Position numbers and translations under genes: made by a program. The notes beneath the pieces were generated by a model. The model was not told the origin of the DNA, did not search any database, and worked only from the letters and a program-made list of their open reading frames with translations. Shown here one piece after another: positions 57,102 through 64,000 of a stretch of 64,000 nt of DNA. Position 1 is the stretch's first letter, and every line of letters starts with the position of its first letter. The DNA lies in assembly GCA_905479995.1 (NCBI GenBank), contig CAJQON010000002.1:35263-99262 (forward strand). The letters are read 5' to 3'. The stretch comes from an uncultured Flavobacteriales bacterium. Lineage in GTDB: Bacteria > Bacteroidota > Bacteroidia > Flavobacteriales_E > Vicingaceae.

Positions 57102-58061
57102 TTATTCAGCTCGGTTCATGAAATTTCCGAAGACTGATTTTCCAAAATTGTAGTTTAAGCTTATCCCAACATAAGGAGCCGATTCAATTTGTTGAGATGT
57201 TTTTGCTGTCCAAGAGTAAAGGTGCTGTAAACTGGAATAACCTCCCTCTATTCTAACCTTATAGTGTTTACCTAATTTTGCATTTAAAGATAAAAATGTT
57301 TTAAGCTGACGGTAATTAACGGTTTGGTGGTTGTCGCTATACCCAGACCCATTTCGGTAAATTGAATTTAAACCACTAAATTGGGCCATTAAATCGATGT
57401 TAACTTTTTTATTAAACTCATAGTTAAATGCAATTTGTACTGGTAAAATTATTTCTGTTTTAATTTTTTTAGACAAACGTGACCTTAATCCTAAAATAGG
57501 AAACGGAATAACCCTTCCTTGATGAACCGCAAGACCTCCACCATAAAAATAAAACGTTTTTAAGTTTTTGGTTTTTACATTAAGTATATAACCTCGTGCA
57601 TTGGGTGTAAAATCTTTACCTATAGATTCAGCACTTTCTTCGGCATAAATATTGGCCGAATAAATCCAAATTCCTTTCCTTATGCTTGCTGTTATGGCAG
57701 TAAATCCAATTTTTGGTTTGTAAATGGTTTCGAAATTTCCGTTTTCATCTACATTGGGCTGAACAACTGTAAATCCGTAGTTTAAAAACAACTGACTAGC
57801 TTTCGCATCAAGTTTTTTAAAACTAAAATCTTTTAAGCTTAGTCCTTTTATTCCAATTTTGGTTTTTAATGGCTGACTAACTTGGAAATTATATCGGGTT
57901 AATTGAAAATCGGTAGAATCGTTAATGGCTGATGGCATTAAATAATCGGTACTAAAAGTAACTCCAGGGCTAAATAAAAACCCCACATTAAGCGACTGTG
58001 CTATTAAGGATGCTATTGATCCAAAATAAATAAATAATGTTATAGTAATCTTTCTTTTCAT
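57102..58061 (-). CDS. Outer-membrane beta-barrel-like hypothetical protein, paralogue 1
   Basis: Signal peptide MKRKITITLFIYFGSIASLIAQ. Collinear with the upstream ORF (NDSTDFQLTRYNFQV vs DDTTKFQLNKYKVQF; GISLNYNFGKS vs NISFNYNFGNS). Confidence 0.6.
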   Translation of the reverse strand: MKRKITITLFIYFGSIASLIAQSLNVGFLFSPGVTFSTDYLMPSAINDSTDFQLTRYNFQVSQPLKTKIGIKGLSLKDFSFKKLDAKASQLFLNYGFTVVQPNVDENGNFETIYKPKIGFTAITASIRKGIWIYSANIYAEESAESIGKDFTPNARGYILNVKTKNLKTFYFYGGGLAVHQGRVIPFPILGLRSRLSKKIKTEIILPVQIAFNYEFNKKVNIDLMAQFSGLNSIYRNGSGYSDNHQTVNYRQLKTFLSLNAKLGKHYKVRIEGGYSSLQHLYSWTAKTSQQIESAPYVGISLNYNFGKSVFGNFMNRAE

Positions 58062-58082
58062 TTAACCGCGACTGTAAACTTA

Positions 58083-59057
58083 CTATTTATCTTTTGGTCG
58101 AAATCCCCCTCTGTCTTTTTGATTGAAAAACTTGTACAAAATAGAATTTCCAAAATTGTAATTAAAAGAAATATTAAAATAATGTCTTGACTCCATTTTT
58201 AACACATAATCGCTCGAAATAGCATCAATTTCTTGATAAAAGGCATAACCCAACTCTAATTTAACTTTATATAAGTCGCTTAATCGGGTATTTATGCCCA
58301 AATGATTTTTAAATTGCTGCAAATTTAAGGTATTGTCGGTTCCTTTATACGAAGATCCATTTCGATATATTGGATGAATCCCACTATAAGAAGTAGCCAA
58401 TTCGAGCTCTACTTTATTCATTAAGTTATATTTCACCTTTAAATGAATGGGCGCAATTAATTCTACCGATAAATTTCGATTAAGCTGCGTCCAAAACCCA
58501 AATACTGGTAACACAAAGAATTTACCTTGATTAAAACTTATTCCAGGACCAAGAAAAGGAACAAATTTTGTGTTTTTGGCATGAGCGTATATTGAAAAGG
58601 CCCTAAAATTTGGGGAGAAATCGGTTTTAAAAGTTTCTCTACTTTCTGTAGCACCAATTGCTGCAGAATGAACCCAAACGCCCCTACGTTTGCTAGCTGA
58701 GATATACATTAATTGCAAAGTACCGCTATAAATATTATCGTATTGGTTATTTGGCACTAATTGTGGGGTTGCCATACTAAACTTAGAGGTTAAAAAAAGC
58801 TGATTAGCTCTAGAATCACTACATTCCATATCAAAATCTTCAATATCTACCTCTTTGGTTCGCAATACTTTTACAAATTGCACTTTGTATTTATTTAATT
58901 GAAATTTGGTGGTGTCATCTATTTGTGATGGAGCCAAATACTCTACCCCAACAGTAGCTCCCGAATTAAAAATACTACGCACATTAAAAGATTGCGAAAA
59001 CCCTTTGGTATAGGCTCCAAAGATGACTAGAGTTAATATGAAAATAGCTTTACTCAT
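58083..59057 (-). CDS. Outer-membrane beta-barrel-like hypothetical protein, paralogue 2
   Basis: Start taken at ATG 59057 (MSKAIFILTLVIFGAYTKGFSQ). The track ORF begins at 59114. Confidence 0.6.
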   Translation of the reverse strand: MSKAIFILTLVIFGAYTKGFSQSFNVRSIFNSGATVGVEYLAPSQIDDTTKFQLNKYKVQFVKVLRTKEVDIEDFDMECSDSRANQLFLTSKFSMATPQLVPNNQYDNIYSGTLQLMYISASKRRGVWVHSAAIGATESRETFKTDFSPNFRAFSIYAHAKNTKFVPFLGPGISFNQGKFFVLPVFGFWTQLNRNLSVELIAPIHLKVKYNLMNKVELELATSYSGIHPIYRNGSSYKGTDNTLNLQQFKNHLGINTRLSDLYKVKLELGYAFYQEIDAISSDYVLKMESRHYFNISFNYNFGNSILYKFFNQKDRGGFRPKDK

Positions 59058-59147
59058 TGAAGTTGACAACTTAGTAAACTTAAGAATTTTACAGCGATTA
59101 AGATTTTTAGGCATTAAGTTAATTAGTTTTCCTACTTTTGGGCTTTA

Positions 59148-61172
59148 ATGAAGTTTGCATATCCAGAGTTCCTTTACGCCTTATTCGCCATAGCGATACC
59201 TATCATCATTCATTTATTTAATTTCAGAAAATTTAAGAAGGTCTATTTTTCTAATGTCCAGTTTTTAAAAGACATTAAGCAAGAAACCCAATCCAAGTCA
59301 AAGTTAAAACACCTACTTATTTTACTAAGTAGAATTTTAGCCATCGCTTTTTTAGTATTGGCTTTTGCACAACCTTTTATTCCTTCGTCAGAAAACAGTA
59401 ATAACCAACGAGGTGTAACTGCCTTACATATAGACAATTCGTTTAGCATGGAAAGTGTTGGCGAAAAAGGATCATTAATTAATGAAGCAAAGACCAAAGC
59501 CATTGCCATTATTAATGCTTATCCTAGTACAGATAAATTTATTGTCTCCACTAACAATTTTAATGCTGGAGATCAACACTTATTGAGCAACGAAGAAGCT
59601 ATTAATAAAATTGAAGCTATTGAAGTGGCGACTGCAACCAGAAATTTATCGGCCATTTATTCTAGAAACAAAGAGGCGTTGCATGCTGCTGAAATAAAAA
59701 ACAAATCTCTTTATGTACTTTCCGATTTCCAACAATCTACTAGCGACTTTAAAAACCTCAATACCGACTCTTCAATAACTAGCTACTTAGCCAAACTTAA
59801 TGGTGCTGAAGCAAACAACATTTACATTGATAGTTGCTGGTTTAGTGCTCCCACCCACTTACAAAATGAGACGGAAGAACTGAATGTACGTATTAAAAAC
59901 AGTGGAAATACAGCCCTAGAAAACATTCCTGTAAAGCTTTACTTAAACAACACTAATGTTGTTCCGGCTAGTTTTTCGGTAGAAGCAAATTCAGAAGTGG
60001 TACTCCAACTAAAGTATAGAAATAAAACAAAAGGCACCCAATTGGGGAGAATTGAGTTGAGAGATAATCCGATTACCATGGACAACATCTTTTACTTTGC
60101 TTACCAAGTAGCCGAAGAGATTTCTGTTTTGAATATTAATGAGCGTGATGAGCCATCACCACTGCAAACCATTTACGAAGCAGACAGTTTATTTAAATTT
60201 CAAACCTTTAACGTAAACCAACTCGATTATTCGTTAATAAAAAAGAGTAACCTGGTTATTATAAATGAACTAAACCTAGTAAGCTCTGGCTTAGCAAATG
60301 CGATAAATGACTTTACAAACAATGGGGGACATTTGTTTATTATTCCTTCTAATCAGATTGATTTTGCTAGCTACCAAGAATTTTTAAGCTTGCTTAACAT
60401 TAATTATTTTACAGAAAAAGACACATCAGAAAACAGCATTAAAGCAATTAACTATTCACATCCTTTGTTTAGAAATGTTTTTGAAGGTAAACCGAAAAAC
60501 AACATCAACTTACCCAAAGTATTTAGTCACTATAACATTTCAAAAAGTACAACCGCTTTTAAAAGTCCATTACTTTCATTAAAAAATGGAGCACCTTTCT
60601 TAAACGAATATAAAGTAAACAACGGAACCATTTACCTGAGTTCAGTTAGCCTAAGTAAAGAAGCCAGTAACTTTAGCAATCATGCTATTTTTGTTCCTAC
60701 AATTTACAATATTGCCTTACTCAGTCAAAAACAATACCCCCTGTTTCACACCATAGGCTCTAACTCAACACTAAGTTTAAACAGAATGGCAAGTAAAACT
60801 GTTTTTCACATTAAAAACGACTTGATAGATTTTATTCCAAGAACACGAAACACCGAAAACCAAACAACGGTATTTGTTAATGCTGGAATAACTGCTGCAG
60901 GAAACTACACTTTAGTAAGCGAGCAAAATAAAGTTGGCTTAGCTTACAACTACAACCGTTCTGAATCTAAACTAACTTATTTTTCTCCCGAACAAATCAC
61001 CGAATTTATTCATACCCAACAATTAAATGCCGAATTAATAAACACCTATTCGGATGAAGTTAAAACGGTAATTGGTGAATTAAACATTGGAAAAAAATAT
61101 TGGAAATATTGTATTATTTTAGTCCTGCTTTTTTTAGCAACTGAAATTGCGCTCATTAAAATTTACAAGTAA
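59148..61172 (+). CDS. BatA-N-domain membrane protein (aerotolerance-regulator-like N-terminus), 674 aa
   Basis: FAYPEFLYALFAIAIPIIIHLFNFRKFKKVYFSNVQFLK is the BatA-type N-terminal double-TM motif. Has a C-terminal TM anchor. Confidence 0.75.
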   Translation: MKFAYPEFLYALFAIAIPIIIHLFNFRKFKKVYFSNVQFLKDIKQETQSKSKLKHLLILLSRILAIAFLVLAFAQPFIPSSENSNNQRGVTALHIDNSFSMESVGEKGSLINEAKTKAIAIINAYPSTDKFIVSTNNFNAGDQHLLSNEEAINKIEAIEVATATRNLSAIYSRNKEALHAAEIKNKSLYVLSDFQQSTSDFKNLNTDSSITSYLAKLNGAEANNIYIDSCWFSAPTHLQNETEELNVRIKNSGNTALENIPVKLYLNNTNVVPASFSVEANSEVVLQLKYRNKTKGTQLGRIELRDNPITMDNIFYFAYQVAEEISVLNINERDEPSPLQTIYEADSLFKFQTFNVNQLDYSLIKKSNLVIINELNLVSSGLANAINDFTNNGGHLFIIPSNQIDFASYQEFLSLLNINYFTEKDTSENSIKAINYSHPLFRNVFEGKPKNNINLPKVFSHYNISKSTTAFKSPLLSLKNGAPFLNEYKVNNGTIYLSSVSLSKEASNFSNHAIFVPTIYNIALLSQKQYPLFHTIGSNSTLSLNRMASKTVFHIKNDLIDFIPRTRNTENQTTVFVNAGITAAGNYTLVSEQNKVGLAYNYNRSESKLTYFSPEQITEFIHTQQLNAELINTYSDEVKTVIGELNIGKKYWKYCIILVLLFLATEIALIKIYK

Positions 61173-61173
61173 G

Positions 61174-62448
61174 ATGAATGTTTTAATAAAATCGGCAAAA
61201 ATTGTAGACAAACTATCAAAGCTAAATGGTAAAATCGTTGACATATTAATTCAAAACGGTTCCATTAAACAGATAGGAAAAGGAATTTCTGCACAAAAAA
61301 ACTGTACTGAAATTAACGCTAAAAACTTACATGTATCTGCAGGATGGTTTGATATGCGCGCTAACTTCTGCGATCCTGGGAACGAATACAAAGAAGATTT
61401 GACAACCGGATTAGAAGCAGCTGCAAAAGGTGGTTTTACTGGGGTTTTGGTAATGCCCGACACTCAACCGGTTAACGATGGAAAAAGCGGAATTGAGTAT
61501 GTGCTAAACAATACTAAAAACAATTTAGTTGATGCTTTACCTGCGGGAAGCTTATCGCACAATTGCGAGGGAAAAGAAATAGCTGAATTGTACGATATGC
61601 ATTCAGCTGGGGCAGTAGCTTTTACCGACAATAAAAAAAGCGTAGGAAGTGTTGGTTTACTGAACAGAGCTCTACTCTACTCCCAATCTTTTAACGGATT
61701 AATTATGAACTTCCCTAGCTCAGGAGAACTGAGTAAAGGAGGACAAATAAACGAAGGTGCCATAAGCACACAACTTGGTTTAAAAGGAATTCCTTCACTA
61801 GCCGAAGAACTAATTGTAAGTAGAGATATTTTTTTAGCAGAATACTGCAACGCCAGAATTCACCTCACAAATATAAGTACCAAACAATCGGTTAAACTAA
61901 TAAAAGATGCCAAAAAGAAAGGACTAAATATAACTGCCGATGTTAATTCTTACCACCTTTTATTAAACGAAGATGAATTGATTGGGTTTGACACTAACTT
62001 TAAGGTAAATCCACCACTTAGAACAAAAGAAGATAGTAAAGCACTTATTGCAGGATTAAAAGACGGAACTATAGACGCCATTTGTTCAGACCATACACCA
62101 GAAGATATTGAAGAGAAGCAATGCGAATTTGATCATGCTGCTTTTGGAATGGTTAACCTTCAAACCTCATTTGCACTAGCCAATATGGCAACATCAAACA
62201 AATTGGAATTGGGTGATTTAATCTCCAAACTGACCACTAACCCTAGAAAAATATTAGGATTAGAAAACCCAAGCATAGCAGAAGGAGAAATAGCCAACTT
62301 AACAGTATTTAATCCTACTCAAGAATGGACCTTAGAAAAAGAACAGGTTGTATCAAAATCTTACAACACACCATTGCTGGGAAAAACCCTAACAGGAGCT
62401 GTACTTGCTGTAATTAACAACAACACTATAAAACGTTTCGATTCCTAG
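61174..62448 (+). CDS. pyrC: Dihydroorotase (amidohydrolase superfamily)
   Basis: MNVLIKSAKIVD from ATG 61174. SDHTPEDIEEKQCEFDHAAFG and GLKGIPSLAEE. Confidence 0.82.
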   Translation: MNVLIKSAKIVDKLSKLNGKIVDILIQNGSIKQIGKGISAQKNCTEINAKNLHVSAGWFDMRANFCDPGNEYKEDLTTGLEAAAKGGFTGVLVMPDTQPVNDGKSGIEYVLNNTKNNLVDALPAGSLSHNCEGKEIAELYDMHSAGAVAFTDNKKSVGSVGLLNRALLYSQSFNGLIMNFPSSGELSKGGQINEGAISTQLGLKGIPSLAEELIVSRDIFLAEYCNARIHLTNISTKQSVKLIKDAKKKGLNITADVNSYHLLLNEDELIGFDTNFKVNPPLRTKEDSKALIAGLKDGTIDAICSDHTPEDIEEKQCEFDHAAFGMVNLQTSFALANMATSNKLELGDLISKLTTNPRKILGLENPSIAEGEIANLTVFNPTQEWTLEKEQVVSKSYNTPLLGKTLTGAVLAVINNNTIKRFDS

Positions 62449-62473
62449 ATTTTTTTTTATGAACTAAAGGTTT

Positions 62474-63145
62474 TTACCCTCCGTAAGAATTCAAAGTCAT
62501 GGTAACATCATAACCACGCCAAGGAGAGGAAAGATCGTTTCGAACTAAATCCATACTTTTCTTATAAACCAAGCCTATTCCCGATGCATACTTTTCTTGA
62601 AAAAGCCGCTGTTCAATCAAATTAATTTCTTCTAGTTGTGCCACAGTAAGTACCAATAACAAGTTAAATCCACCAATACTTTCAGCAACATCAACACTTT
62701 CGTAATTATTATCAAAAAGCGCTAGATGGTTCATAGAATTGCTATTCCAAGTAGCATTTTCTCTTACCGGAAAAATTAATTTAACAAAGCGCACATTCTC
62801 TTCTACTTTTTGGTAATTGGTTCGAATTAATTTGGCATTCCAAACATCTTTTAATTCCCAAGAAGTTGTATCTGTTTTTTTGTAACGGTTTATTTTAAAG
62901 GCTTCTTCCCCTTCTAAATCAGTATAACTTTCGGCAACCAATTCTTTAATTTGAAAAGAAAAAGTATCAATAGAGTTAGTAAAATCATCGTAAACAATTG
63001 AGTCTACATCATAAACCACATACTTTCCTAACTCCAACGCAGCATATCCATGACCTATATCTGCAGGCGTAACTTCTTCACTATCTTTTTTACATGAAAA
63101 ACAGCAAATGGTAACACATAATATGAATAGGGTAAAATTTCTCAT
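62474..63145 (-). CDS. Hypothetical lipoprotein (223 aa)
   Basis: Lipobox-like ICCFSCKKD. No recognised domain. Confidence 0.55.
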   Translation of the reverse strand: MRNFTLFILCVTICCFSCKKDSEEVTPADIGHGYAALELGKYVVYDVDSIVYDDFTNSIDTFSFQIKELVAESYTDLEGEEAFKINRYKKTDTTSWELKDVWNAKLIRTNYQKVEENVRFVKLIFPVRENATWNSNSMNHLALFDNNYESVDVAESIGGFNLLLVLTVAQLEEINLIEQRLFQEKYASGIGLVYKKSMDLVRNDLSSPWRGYDVTMTLNSYGG

Positions 63146-63177
63146 TAGTTAAAGTTACTAAAATTGAGCGAAATGGA

Positions 63178-64000
63178 TTAATTGTCTATAAACCCACCAC
63201 CAATCAGGTCATTACCATCATAAAAAACGGCCGACTGTCCAGGTGCAACACCTTGAACATCTTCATAAAATTCTATTTTAATTCTACCATCTGCCAACTT
63301 TGCAATGGAACTGTTTTTTCCTTTGTCTTTGTAGCGAATCTTACTCAACGCTTCCATTTGCTCTGGTAAATGATCATATTTAATAATATTAGGATCACGA
63401 ACAAATACTTCTTTTTTATTTAAGTCTTCTTTGGTCCCCAGCACTACTATATTTTCTTTGGGATCAATTTTTATAACATAACGCGGATCACCATAAGCAA
63501 CCTCTAGGCCTCTTCGCTGGCCAACAGTATAAAAAGGATATCCTTGGTGTGTACCAATAACATTTCCTTCCATGTCCACAAAGTTTCCTCCTTTCACGCG
63601 CTCTTCTAATCCCTCTACTCTACGCTTTAAAAAACCTCGATAATCATTGTCGGGCACAAAACAAATTTCAAAGCTTTCTCCTTTTTTAGACAAGTCTTCA
63701 TAACCTCTATCAAATGCCATTTTACGAATGGCCGGTTTAGAAAACCCACCTAATGGAAATAAAGTTCTTGCCAAAGCACTTTGAGTTAATCCCCAAAGCA
63801 CATAAGATTGATCTTTGTTTTCATCTTTACCTTTAGAAATTACGTAACGATCATTTTCTTGTCTCACCTGAGCATAATGTCCAGTTGCAATAAATTCACA
63901 ACCCAACTGATCTGCACGTCTTAACAAGGCATCCCATTTAATGTGTGTATTACACAACACACAAGGGTTTGGTGTTCTTCCTGCTAAATATTCGTCTACA
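63178..64000 (-). CDS. mnmA: tRNA 2-thiouridine(34) synthase, C-terminal part (gene continues past the window end)
   Basis: The reading frame is open to position 64000. CNTHIKWDALLRRADQLGCEFIATGHYA, KDQSYVLW, GQSAVFYD. Confidence 0.92.
   Translation of the reverse strand, partial: VDEYLAGRTPNPCVLCNTHIKWDALLRRADQLGCEFIATGHYAQVRQENDRYVISKGKDENKDQSYVLWGLTQSALARTLFPLGGFSKPAIRKMAFDRGYEDLSKKGESFEICFVPDNDYRGFLKRRVEGLEERVKGGNFVDMEGNVIGTHQGYPFYTVGQRRGLEVAYGDPRYVIKIDPKENIVVLGTKEDLNKKEVFVRDPNIIKYDHLPEQMEALSKIRYKDKGKNSSIAKLADGRIKIEFYEDVQGVAPGQSAVFYDGNDLIGGGFIDN

Noticed and set aside
1-64000. Search by eye for tRNA/rRNA genes, CRISPR arrays, integrases, transposases, phage genes, toxin-antitoxin or known defence genes
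   Set aside because: None found. There are no T-loop/acceptor-like GGTTCGAATCC contexts outside CDSs, no regularly spaced direct repeats, and no ORF with recombinase or defence-type motifs. A covariance-model scan (tRNAscan/Infernal) would be needed to be definitive.

Overview
AT-rich chromosomal segment that looks like Bacteroidota, probably Flavobacteriia-like. The evidence is three proteins with T9SS C-terminal sorting domains, TAnnTTTG-type -7 promoter boxes, almost no Shine-Dalgarno signals, and the gene families present. It is densely coded with about 58 real genes, mostly housekeeping: mfd, fbp, lysC, hemB-hemL-hemE, tex, an ABC-F ATPase, lipB, purA, a Fur-family regulator, a RelA/SpoT homologue, accC, pyrC and mnmA. 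It also holds scattered phenylacetyl-CoA-type beta-oxidation genes (paaY, thiolase, paaI, a 3-hydroxyacyl-CoA dehydrogenase and a PaaG-like isomerase) and several envelope or secreted proteins. By eye I found no rRNA, tRNA, CRISPR array, integrase, transposase, prophage or recognisable defence gene. Five things are not ordinary. (1) A 404-bp cassette bounded by inverted repeats carries a decayed GIY-YIG nuclease gene and is wedged into the hemL-hemE spacer. Short gene-less relatives of its ends (core GTCATYSYGAG) sit in two other intergenic regions, which suggests an autonomous/MITE-like repeat family. (2) A tightly packed seven-gene minus-strand cluster (11411-15333) has almost no characterised members. 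It starts with a frameshifted GbsR-type regulator that has a perfect 18-bp palindrome just upstream. (3) A three-gene overlapping operon links a PaaY-like protein to two outer-membrane barrels, one with a ComEA-like helix-hairpin-helix module. (4) A PNGase F-like T9SS protein appears to have about 500 aa, including a LamG domain, nested inside its N-terminal domain. (5) An orphan Cys-rich lipoprotein is insulated by terminators and repeat-laden spacers. All functional calls come from reading the translations and from remembered family motifs. No database search was run.
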